Positions 28,201 through 40,400 of a stretch of 64,000 bases of DNA are shown one piece after another. Below the pieces are notes generated by a model, which was not told the origin of the DNA, searched no databases, and saw nothing but the letters and a program-made list of their open reading frames with translations. The first letter of the stretch is position 1; the number at the start of each line of letters is the position of its first letter. The position numbers and the translations under genes were made by a program. Source of the stretch: Balanoglossus misakiensis (taxonomy: Eukaryota > Animalia > Hemichordata); contig CM082596.2 of the NCBI GenBank assembly GCA_040954595.2, positions 4,732,181 to 4,796,180 of the forward strand, written 5' to 3'.

Positions 28201-31200
28201 ATACATGATCAATTGTCCAAACCGTCATAACATTTTCAGGTAAAAATGACACCGTCATCAAAACAGAGCAGATCCGAGGAAGTTTGTAAATCGTTAACCG
28301 AACACGTTCTGCAAGTCAGCACGAGAGCCGATAGCAAATAAAACCCATGATCAACCCCTGCCAGTTTGACGGTGGCCATTACGGTAATGTTTGATGCGTT
28401 GGCAGACTATAATGCAATTTACGCGCACATGCATCTCGAGATGCCATCCAGTATACTAGTATGGAGTCTCACAGCCATTACAATTAACACATATTGGACA
28501 ACTGGGCCAATTTTACGTTGGCAGCTGAAAGTTTCGATTGATGCTCTTAAAGAGATCTGTTTCTGCCGGGCCCGTCAATTTAAGGTTGACGGCGTGGCGC
28601 CTGCGATCAGATGACCAGTCACGCCTGCATGGAAAATACCCAGGGTATAAACTATATCCACGTGCACATGTGCAGTTGAGACGACACTCCCCCTTTAAAG
28701 GAAAAGTGCAGGCCAGTCAAAATCGAACAAATTACTTTTGGGAAAAAAATCAAGATGTTTGGGAGATTGATTCGAAACTTTTCACTATATTACGACAAAA
28801 AAACCCTGCGGGTTATCACGAACTCATCTGCCCGCGATCGCGTGTCCAGGCGCGTCATAACCATGGAGACTTGATCGCACGCTCACGAGACCACACACGC
28901 GTCCATAAAATCTCCACAGCCATTTCCTTAACGAAGTCTATTTCGCTTTTATTTGTGAAGATAATGCAAAATGTCATCACTGGATGCATCAAGTTTTACG
29001 ATTACCACTTTATCAATAAATCTTCTCAAAACAAACCGGCAAGAAATATCTAACTTTATTACACTCATACGAGAATTTATGACAGCATATTCTGGAGGGA
29101 ACAAAATCCATAAAACCATCATATAATTTCATCTAAATGATACAATGCAGATCTGACTGTTCGTTATTGGTTTTCGGGACTTTGAATTTTGACCTGTGTA
29201 ATTAGACATTTGAAAGTGCGTGATCACAAACACTAAAGGTTGTTATTGGGCTACAGCAGGTATACGGTACAAAGAAGTGGGATAATGGCAAGACTTTGAT
29301 CTTCCTTCAACATATCTGTATCAAAGAAATTACTTCCATCAGCAGCTGTCTTGGGCAACTTTACATCTGACAGCAATTGTCACAGGACACCGTTTCATGA
29401 AATGGCGAGCTGCTGTCTGGACTATACATTATCCGTTCTTTCATCACAATTTACTCTTATTTAGTTCTATTTGCCGACTTTAAAATGCCAGCGTGAGGTT
29501 ACTGGACATGATTACACACCCCTTGACGCCCGTATACAAGAGGTGTAATTGACAACAATCTTTTCAATAAACTAGACAAAAAGGAAGAAGGTGTCCTTTT
29601 TAACGATTCGAAGTAGGTCTGACCTTTTCACTTGTCAGCCAAATCTTTGTTAGTCCTCATACGTACCATCAGCGGAGTTCTCTCCTCTGTCTTTGTCTCT
29701 GTCTTATCTGTTTCTGTCTCTCTCCTCTCTCTCTCTCCCCCCTCTCTCTCGCTCTCTGTTGCTATCTGTTGACGCGTACCTGCAGCCAACGCCTGGATTT
29801 TTTTATTTCATCCGGTGGAAGTACACATCTAGCTTTATGGCGCCCTATAATATCTCATTGAATTTCCGTTAACGTGCACGTCGCGCATAATAATCGACGC
29901 CAAAGCGAAGATATCTGAGCTGATGTGTGTATATTTGAGCTGCATTCAGGTACAAGCAAGCACAGGCGGTAAGACAACGCGAGAATATAACAGAGAATAT
30001 AACAACCCCGACCGATCTGTTCGACTTGTTCAGCAGGAGTTTTGAACATGACAGGAACAGTTAATTAATGATTTCGACATAAGGTATACTCCTGCTTTCT
30101 TTAGAGCGTTGTCTTGTTAATTGCGATTTCCCGTTTCGTAGGAACTTTCAACAGGCCACAAGATTTCTTCTTGACGTTGTGTATTCGTGACTCTTAATGG
30201 GTTTACTGGGATCATTTGTCGTCCTGTGGAGTGGGGATTTTCTTAGAGGTAATTTTTCATGCCCGATTTTCTAGCTTAGTAGGACTGGCTGGCACGCGTC
30301 GCAACCTGCCCCGACCAGTGGAACACATGCCTGTCTATTTTTAATACTTCCCGTCGTGAATGCTGCACGGCATTCTCAAAGTATTTTACTTCGGCAGCTG
30401 TCTTTAAGGCTTCCTTCATTGGATTTACACCTTTATGCGCAGTATCGGAATAAAATCGTTAACGGCATTGTAAAAGTAATCTTGTTTTCACAGCACTGGT
30501 AAACTCGCTAATTCTTGCGGGATGGGAAAATGCGGTGTGAACGTACACAAATTCATTGGATGTAACACAAGACACGCACACCATTACTATTAGTAAACGA
30601 AAGGTTAATATACAGGTTTTAAGTCAGTCCCTGAGAAGCATGCAATTTAATTTTGCGGGCACATTAGAACTCTATTACAGAATCATTACAACATCACACT
30701 CCTGATAATTGCTAAGTGTCTTTTGAACAACATCCGTTGTGTGATACTGTGCTTCTTTGAAATACCTGTGTTTGGGGAACATCAAGGGCACATTCAGGGC
30801 GAAGTGGTAATCGCTTTGCGAAGAAATGGAAACCTAAACTCAATTAAATCACCACAAATGCGGTGTAATAGCAGACAGCTATGGTCCAGCGCTGCATGGA
30901 CATTATTTTGTGCATTAGAAGTCGTTATATCTGGCCAAGGAACTGTTCACAACTAATTCAGGTAGACGATAACAGACCCGTGCATGTTGGGATATGTCGT
31001 ACCTGGAAAATAAACTCATAAATCTGTGCGCAGAGCTAAATTAGATTCGTTTGATGCCATATTTCGTGAGTTTCCTAAAGTGTTTCAGATTGACATTTAG
31101 AGCGTCGTGGAGAAAAGTGATGTAATCGTATTACGAGCTTATACGCTGGGATCTCAGCGGTCAAGCAATTCTGGGACAGCATGTCTGAGATATGAGCTAT

Positions 31201-34200
31201 ATGACAAGTTATGAGGATTAAACGATCTTTATGTATCCTCTACGAAGAAGATTTCTGTCGCCTAGACAAAATATTATTCCGTTTGTGACAGCAATTCTGA
31301 TCAGATGATGCAGATAAGCACCAGTAAAGATCCTGTATAGTCTCATCAATTTTTAGAACGTCACGACTAAACTAAAAACTAATGCATCATTTCTGCACTT
31401 ATTTCCTGAACAATCCCTAAGATATTTTTTTTCTGAAATAGTGATGCGTTTTGACGCCAGTAAGATTGACTTTACACATTTTTGAAGACACTTCATTAGC
31501 GTAAGTATAAATAGCAACTATATCCTGTTAATATACTACTAAGCCACAGTCTTTGAGAGTTGAGACGTTCTTGGAATTTTTGCCGTGAAAGGAGTCTGCC
31601 TCCGGTAATCCAAATGATGCGTCATACAGATCATCTCTATTTACCCGTCTTAATTTACTCATTCAAATAATACATCACATTAAAAAATAAATTAACTCGC
31701 AAAGTCTACGATAGCAATTTCTCCACAAATCTGACGGTGTAAATGAATGCTAAGGACATGCCTATAGTGAACAGGAGGTGCGCATTTGTGAAAACCTTCT
31801 AAGAGACACAACTTTATTACCATTGCATTTCTCCATCTCGTAAGTGAAGTCAGCCATATTGTCTCCACGGTTTCCGAACATCATTTTGTCGCAACGGATT
31901 TCCCCCCACTGCAATTTCAAATTTCCTTGCGAGGATAAACTGTGCTTTTTATTAAAATGCCTAACCCTTGTCTACCCTAAATCAAATTTATGACTTTCTC
32001 TAGTGGAAGTCGGTTCTTCTGATGAGAGTTCCGAGAAATAAAACATATTGAGAGTTACAAGAGACAGTAGACATTGAGTCATTTATAATATTAAATTATC
32101 CTCTTCATGATAAGGAAAGCTTTTTTATTTTCCCCCGTTCTCGACTAAACTCCAATCTTACGCTCAGATAAGAAAAAAAGAAGGAATACTAAGACTATAT
32201 AATCTGATTTGATTATAAAATGAATACGCAATCTTTTAAAATATTTCCGGTCAACTGAAAGATGTTATGTTTGTCCTACGAGCAGAAATTAAATTAAGAT
32301 GTTGGCCTCGTCCCCAATGAGTTGCACTACGCACCAGGGGTAACCATATTCAAGTTCGTAATTTTGTAACACATTCAATGAGCGGACATCGGGAACACAT
32401 TCGTTATCAATAGCAGATGACTTTTGTATTCTTGCTAGTTTCATAATGTGTTAACATGACTTAAAGAACCAGAAAATAACAGAAGAATGCGCTCTTAATG
32501 TAAGTGCATGAATAAGGTAACATTTGATTAACCGTACTACGATTTAATAAGCCTGTATTATAGTGTGTGATTCCCACAAGCACTGAAAGTGGCAAGATTA
32601 TTGATAACCCATCCTCACTGAATGTCTCTGATTACTTGGGCGTGAGAAGGTTTATGCACTGCACGCAGAGAACACCCATCTAAAAATTACCGCCGTCAAC
32701 TCTGGCTAAATGGACCAATCTTCCCCAGCAAATGTCACCGTCACGTCCCTTAATTAAAAGTGAAATCTCAGTATGGTGGTAATCATGTAGCAGAATGGAA
32801 AGTGGATGGAAAGCTAAACCACTTCCTCGGTGGAGTCATTAGTTTCGACAGGTAACAAGAAAGCGAGCCGTGTACAGCAATCTGGCAGGAGCGTGTAATC
32901 AACAAAAGTGTCTGAAACGTCGTTTGCAGAAATAAAAAAAGCCGCTCTGATTCGCCCATACGCTTTCCTTGATTCCGACGCTTCTTGCGCGTCAGAGCAT
33001 TATGGTACGCACTCTTGCCAGAACAACTTTGACTTGAACACTTCATTTCATGAACAGAACAAGCAACAGATGTTTGGCATTTCGATGTGCGCAGCAAAGG
33101 CTAAATGAAATGAAGGACCCATCGCGTTTCATTTGGTTTATGCCACATTTCCGCAGCGAATTAACTTTTGACTTTTTGTTGATGCTTGGCAGTCTGACTT
33201 GTTAGGAGCTGGCCGGCACGACGTCAACCCGGAATTGGACAATGTTTCGCAGACTACCATATAAATGACGTGTGCAAGTTAGATTTGTACTCACACCTTT
33301 CAGCTCATAGTTGCGAGGCGTACGGTATATATGCGCAGAAGCATGTGATCACGTCGAATTCAAAGATTTATCACTGATCTGACGTCAAATGCACTGTGTC
33401 TCACAGATGTTCACCAGTGCAATATCCAAATTAAATGGCAAACATTCGGATTTTGAATGTGGCCACAGATTTCAGATTCTGAGAGAAACAACTCGCAAGA
33501 AGATGTCTGTACCTTGTCTAGGGGTGCAACTACAGTGCCTACAGTTGGGTCTAGAGGGAATGTTTACCCCAAAACAGAGCGTCAGATCAAGATCTTCTCT
33601 CGTTTCAGATAAACATCGGCACCAGTCGATCATGTCACTTCAGCAACCCGCAGACATGTACAAGAGAAACAAGCATGATATCTTTTCCGGTGACGTCACA
33701 TGTACCGGAAACTTATAACCTCGAAATGCCCAGATTTATGTTCACAGAAAACTCAATTTAACCATATTTGAGTTGACGGCACAATTGACGGATATCCAAG
33801 GGCGTCACGTGGTGTTTGAAGCCATATGATTCTGATTCCCGTTTGATGAAACGTACATTTAGACGTAATTTGATGAATGGCACCTCCCTACTCAACGGGT
33901 TAGATGTAGTGATGGATGACACTCGCATGCAAATTAAATTACATCGTGTTGGCGTGTATAGTCCGCGTCAAGTGCATTGTCTTGGCTCTCGTACATATTG
34001 TCTCGGCACTCGTACATACAATGTGCATCCACTCAAAAGACGTAAACAGGCTACATTCTGAGTTGGTTTGCTATAAGCATCCTTCTACTGTAATTAGTCC
34101 TACAACTACCATCCTCCCGTCATTATGTATTCAATTAACCGGGCCACGCAAGGACTTCTGCGTCATCCCTTATGTCTTATTGACAAAAGTCTATCAATCT

Positions 34201-37200
34201 TTACGAGTGTTTTTGCTCGGGGTACATGAATGTAAATGTCTTCGTCATAAATAAAGGGTGGTAATTCGGACTTTTGCGATCTCAGTGGCTTGGTTTTACT
34301 GCCACGGAAAAGAAAACTTGCGCTTTAGAGTTTGTATGGCAGATAGTTGACGCGAACATTTTAAACCCATAAAGCTCTCCTGGGTCATACTGAACTACGT
34401 AAGGTATAACACCACTAATAAGTCAAACAAAATGAGCTTACCAGCATCTGCTTCTACAGCTGAAACCTGCAAGACAAAAAAAGATAATTCACAGTTAGAT
34501 CCAACATTGATATTTTAATCACATGTCTACTATTAAAACAATGCAAGCTGCACTACATTTCACTGTAACCCCGTGATTCTCTTTACCGTAGGTGTGTGAA
34601 GTTCAAGTACATCGTTTAAGGTCACATCTATGGTTACTGTGCACTTGGGACTTTCGTTTGTTTTTTCAGTGTACACTTTCGCAGGAAAGGGGATAATTTG
34701 ATTTACAGAGACCTGTAGGTGTACTTTTGCATTGTGATCACTCTAGGGAAAGTGGTGATGCTATTTCCTGGAAATAAAAACCGGCTACAGGACAAAACAA
34801 CACATGCCTGTAAAGAAATCATCGTGAGCGTAAACTCCTGTTCAAAACAATCGAGGTACAACTTTTGAAGATGACAATAATCTCATATAACATCAAGACT
34901 ATGTCACAGATAGTGCATATCATGTTTTTTTGTTCCTCAGATAAGTCGAAACGTATTTAATAAATTTCTATATCACACTCCGGCTTGCCATGGAAACCGC
35001 GGCGAAATTTGCATATAGGCGACCGCATATACCTGTAAGCCAGAAGACCATTGTATCTAAGGTGGAACATGGAAACTAAATTGAGGTAAGGGATCACACA
35101 ACCCCTGGCCTTTTAAGCCGCTTTGGGGGTTATTACAGGGGAAAGTGGCACGACACATATTTGTGTAAGACTTGGCAATGGCAGAAATAAAAGGAGCTTC
35201 TAATGGGAGCCGATTGGTACTATTACTTTAAGTGGTGCGATTTGGTTCCATTACAGGCACTGTGGAAGAAGATTAATAAACCTGTGGCTGAATCGTGAAG
35301 TATGTGAGCAAACTTGAAGTTAGAAGAGTTGGTTGAATGCATGGATGGATGCAGTACAGATGGATGGTTGCATGGATAATTGAAGGAAGGAAGAACGGAA
35401 GGGATGGATGGATGGATGGACGGATGGATAAATGAATGAATGAATGAAAGGAGGAATGAAATAATGAAAAGATTGATGGATGAATTGATGGTTGGGCGGA
35501 TAGATGGATGGATGGATAAATGAAGGAAGGAAGGAATGTAAGGATGGATCAATCAATCAATCAATCAATCATTGAAGGGAATGGGAACCAACAGATATAC
35601 CAAATTCCAATGCTATAAGTCTACTTGCAATGCTGGAATGATGGGCAACCCTGCCTGTTCATAAAATTATCAAGACACGACTTGCGTCTAAATGACAGTG
35701 ATAGCGAAAGCATTCTCAGTGAGAACAGCCCTATAGTTTTATCATGTGGAAGAGATACCTTATCCCCCGTTCTACGATTATACATGCTCAATAAAATACG
35801 CCCATTAACAAGTAAGTACTGTGTATTTTATTTAGGAAACGCATCGTATGAAAGCTAACCCACATTTCAGGGAATAAAATGCCTTTCTACTATCATTTAT
35901 CGATATTCTTCGTCAGACCATTCCTAACAGATGTTTCGTGTCTTTGTAAACATCAATTTTAAGATAGACAAAGCTTAAAACGATGTTTGATAACCTGCTA
36001 TGGCTATATATACTCACAAGATATTACTGCCACGGATTTCTTTCTACTTTAGGCTATGATTGCCAATATGTATACATGTACCGGTAGTATAGGAGAGTTG
36101 ACAAACATAAACGTATAAATGCCTTTTCAAACTCACAGACGCAAACCCCACTTATCATCATATCACCCTTTAAAACTCAACATGCAAAAATCGAGATTTC
36201 AATTCGCGGTGAAAATACGAGGTTCATCGTAAAACAGATACACGAAGTTGATATACGTCATTCGGCCATTTTAGGAATAATAGACAAAAAGATGAATATT
36301 CGATTTCTATTTGTAGATTTTTTTCAAAAAGTACATATAGCCTGGGTGTGAGAGTAATCAATATACATCTTGGTATAAACTGAAACACATCTGGACACAC
36401 ACTGGAAGGCTGCCATTCAAGAGCCGCAAGATGAACACACAATTGTCAAAATCCAATCTCCATCGACGACGTCAATTCTTTTTTATCTGTTGTGAAATTA
36501 GACACCCAATCTCTGAAATCGATGTGAGTGAAAGAAATCGAATTCAGGTCTAGCTCTTCGTTGAAATAAACACGCGGTTGTTTCATCTCCGTGACATTGC
36601 ACATTTGAAAGGGAATTCAGAGAGTGTTTGGCGTTGATGAAAGGTGTAGATTGAGAGTGTGCACCGAGAGATTGACTGCGCGAAATGTTAAAAGAACGTA
36701 CCCGGCATTGAAATACACATGCCTCCCAATATGACCTTTCATCGGGAGAAATATAACATATCGTAACTCATCTTAAACACGGATCTGCTAGTGCATGTTT
36801 CAGTCATTAGGTGCACTCATTTTTTGCAATCTTTCACCAAATTCCAAAAGACGACATTTTCTGAGAATCAGAGCGAATTATTTCTACGATAGTGACGTCA
36901 AAACAGGTGAAAACAGCCATCATTTGCATCTAGAAGTTTTCGATTTTCCATACAGGGAAGGTTAAATAGAAATGCACAGTTGAAAAGAGTATACGTCGTG
37001 AAAGGCATATTAAACAGCGAGGGAAGAGATCTATGCCGCTTTAAATTTAATGTTAATGCGTTATTATCCTATCAAATGCGGATGGGATAAACAGTGATAT
37101 TTAATTGGATTTCCGACACGCGATACGCAGGCCTTACTACCAGTGTTTCCTCAGAGAAAATAATTCTCTCCTCGATGCGTTTTTTTTGTCGCTGTACTAT

Positions 37201-37473
37201 AGAGCTAGGAAAATACTAGCAGGTGGAAATGCATGCTTGCTGACGGCAATAAGGATAGCCATATCAAATATACCAATCACTGTGCGCTGTTGTTTAAAAG
37301 TTTAACTCTACAACAGAACTGGGTTTTTATACTTTACAATGAAGAAATTTGCAGTAAGGGGGTTGAAAAGAGTCTGAGTTTCCGATACACGAAAAACGGT
37401 GCTTTGCACTACTTACCTTCGAAGGTAAAAACACAAACAGCAGGAAGATGAAGTGATAATGAAAAAAATACAT
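10291..37473 (-). CDS. ADGRD1: Adhesion GPCR, ADGRD1/GPR133-like (signal peptide, pentraxin/LamG-like domain, GAIN/GPS, 7TM), 26 coding exons, 877 aa
   Basis: Minus-strand GT-AG exons, all phase-compatible (2634 nt): 37417-37473, 34442-34466, 22811-22954, 22396-22595, 21856-22006, 21422-21640, 20891-20994, 20278-20475, 19785-19853, 19429-19537, 18992-19090, 18489-18570, 18248-18353, 17860-17900, 16963-17077, 16511-16614, 15740-15842, 14844-14994, 14469-14535, 13826-13892, 12849-12934, 12571-12697, 11600-11641, 11167-11247, 10878-10944, 10291-10310. Motifs: [97 protein letters not shown]. The first two exons and the last exon are less certain than the core. Confidence 0.88.
10321..10432. repeat. 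Purine-rich/(GA)n low-complexity tract forming the polypyrimidine tract of the last aGPCR intron on the minus strand
   Basis: GGGA/GAGA runs directly beside the minus-strand acceptor at 10311-10312. Confidence 0.75.
12484..12520. repeat. (GACT/GACA)n microsatellite
   Basis: gactgactgacagacagacagacagact seen directly. Confidence 0.8.
27788..27893. repeat. Three imperfect units ~41 bp apart, each containing ATTGGTTGA (CCAAT box on minus strand)
   Basis: gatctgattggttgatatg (27788), gaatgcaattggttgatgca (27828), gaatctgattggttgaaatg (27870). Confidence 0.6.
29678..29760. repeat. (CT)n-rich microsatellite
   Basis: Seen directly. Confidence 0.8.
35335..35572. repeat. Compound tetranucleotide microsatellite (GGAT/GAAT/GAAG/CAAT)
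   Basis: Seen directly. It explains the low-complexity ORFs at 35223-35556. Confidence 0.9.
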
Positions 37474-40400
37474 GTTGAAGTCTATATCACCATTTCAATG
37501 ACATTTTGCGTGGGAAAGAACTTTTATGCTGTCGTCGCGATCGCCTCCATCCAGTGTAATGTAGTCTGCGCAGCTGCAATCGCATGCCTTAAACCTGTAG
37601 TCACGTGATACACCATTATCCGTGTGTATCTCCGAGCAACGGAATACATTTACTGCGGGTACCTGCTGAGTGTTTTCGAAAGCCAAATCCTATAAAAAGC
37701 GAATGAAATACTAGGAGTGTACTTGAACGATAATTCACTTACCGAGTGGTTGTTGAATAGCTCGGTATTTTTGACGATGGGCGGAAAGAGCAATATAATC
37801 ATTATCTGAACACTTGTGAGCCTCCATCTTTGATTAAAGGACGCAGCCACACGAGAACATAATCTTCCCTTTTATCAAAGCGTTCGGTGTTTGCGTCTGC
37901 ACAGCGATAGCATTTTGTCAGTGGACTTGAATTCGATAAAGCGTTGCTTTTCAACGAATTTAAGTATAAGAATTGCAGTCAAACAAAAAACGCATTCGTT
38001 ATATGGTTATCGCCTGGTTCTAATAAACTTCTTTTTCGAGCCGAATAATCAAATTTGTGGTGTAGATGTAAGTTTGGTGCTTTTAAGTTGGTTATGAATG
38101 GTAAAACAATGACATCCCACGGCACTGCAAAGTTTCTGTGCAAACATTCTAACATTGGTCAATAGATGCAGCACGTTGAGAGAGTACGAAACTAGGACAT
38201 TGGTTGAAAGTGTTCAATCACATCTTCAACTGCGTCATGGGATTTGAACAGTTGTCGTGTTGCGGTGTAATTGGTTACCATGGTGACTAACTGCTGGAAA
38301 GTTAAAGCAGCGAACTTAATATGCCGTCTTCAGTTATTTTATTTGATGTTGCAAGAACTAGGCTGTCATTGAAAAGAAATTGCGACTCCAGATTATTCTT
38401 AGCCGTTGATAATACTTGCTTGTTATAATGGTCGTTTTCGTTACTACAAACATACCTTATATCATCACGACTGTGTCTGCCAAATTTTATTAAGAACAAA
38501 GTGCAAACCACCATAAATAATTTAATATTCGAAGATGGATTCGCGTTCAAGTATACTTTCATTGTTACTTCGTCCAGTCTATACATGAACTGCCCTATTT
38601 CAGCACAATGTATAAGCGCATATGATAAAGTTTGGACTTAAGTATGACTGATTGTTCTGCTACGCGGGATAACAAGACCCGTCTCCTGCACACATCGTTT
38701 TTGCCAACGCGTGTATTGAAATAAATGCTGGAAAATCCACGTTGTGCGACCTCTGTACACTATGAGTTATATCGAGGTGGTCCTCTATGATCGCGTGACG
38801 GAGGCAGGAGTTAAACCGAGGAAGGAAAACAAGCGAGCTTTCAGACCTGCCGGCGACAGCCGATCAATCAAACGACGCTGGTGTCATTTCCCATGGTGCT
38901 GTAACACTGGGTGGGAAACACATTGGCTGTGCTCGGCTGCCGCTCGGGCCACTTATACACACTCAGCAGGCAAAGAGACAACTTGATACATTCAAAGTCA
39001 CGCGACAACTTGTCCGATCACCGTTTCCCAGTGACTTGATGTGGTAGTTTCACCTGAAATTACTTACCAACATCAATCTTTTTTTTCAGTTAACCGTTAA
39101 GTATCTTTTTTTACTATTCTGACATTATACACATGCTGTTTTCATGATCCGAAACTTATTACCGTTTTAATGATTTGTGACGCAAGTTCTTCCTGTGTCA
39201 TGCACATGCTATAAAATTTCTCTGCAAAGTTTACAGGTGTTGACTATTGAAACGAGGTAAAATAGTATACCGATACATCCCATGCAGTTACCAAGTCATC
39301 TTATCATTCACAGATGAAATAATTGGACGTTATAATGGCTAGGAAATGATATACCATCAGTACCACTTAAAACTGCCTAAACAGTTATATAACCCCCTTT
39401 GGCATACGTTCTCATTCAGCCTTGCCCTGTGAGGTTGACGTGTTCTGCCTGGCGATACTATTGAAACCTCAACACCTGAGCACAGGGCTTTCTTTTATCA
39501 TAAACACATCTCTTTTGAAAAACGATATTACATGCGCTGCCATGTGAATGTCCTCCCGTTGGCCGCATTACTTAAGTATGATACATTGCATCGCATTGTT
39601 TCGTTTCAGCGCTGTTAGCTCTCCCTAATTGATCTCCGTTTCACTTTTCGCGGTTTTATACTAAGCACCTCGGATTATCTCCAAGTTTTCAAGCTCGTAC
39701 ATATATGCATTACGTCTGATTGCAACCGGAGGAAACTCATTTTCCGTGCACCAGACATAAAAATTGCCACTTTGAAGAAGTCTCGCGCTGAGTGCATAAG
39801 TGAACATCGCAAGTGGAGTTTTTCTCACTACAGCGATTTTGCATTTAGTCAGTTTTCAAGCAAGTGAATCGTATCAAACAAAAACGTTGAATCTTCTGCA
39901 TGTGGTATTGTTGTAGATTTCAATTTAAGTTCCGCTAAAATAAGATCTCTCTGCTCCCAGCCTAATCACTGTCGTTAACTCAGTTGCCTAATGTTAAATT
40001 TGAAGATGGGTTGAGACTTGAAGCAAAGGTATCTGTGGTAACCAACACAAACAAGTTATCGGACGGGGATATTGATTACGGTCATGGAAGTTAACTACCG
40101 TCAGTAAGTGGGCTCTTTAATCTTCTAAAATCTTTCCACTTTAGCTAATAAGAGCCTGATTCACCCACTCCGCCAGCGTTCATTGTGTAATTCTGGAAAA
40201 CCGGGAGAAATGTCGAAGTTGACTCGCATTTTTTACGGGATCGTGGCAATTACTCGACATTAGGAAAGCCGCACGACCAATTGCAATATTGCCAATTGGT
40301 CTGTAATTGCGGTTTCATGTTCGCGCCTTTAAGACAGGTTGGCTAAGTAACAGCACATTCATATTTCCCGCCTTTAAAAGACATGGTGCGCTTATTTAAC

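Noticed and set aside
28538-29053. 171-aa plus-strand ORF in aGPCR intron 2 as a possible nested gene or transposase
   Set aside because: Non-ATG start, no recognisable motifs, no supporting exon chain.
35223-35556. HPSI-repeat ORFs
   Set aside because: Artefacts of the GGAT/GAAT microsatellite.
37650-37850. Alternative first coding exon for the aGPCR (donor at 37742)
   Set aside because: Phase-compatible but encodes no convincing signal peptide; more likely 5' UTR. Exon 37417-37473 fits better.
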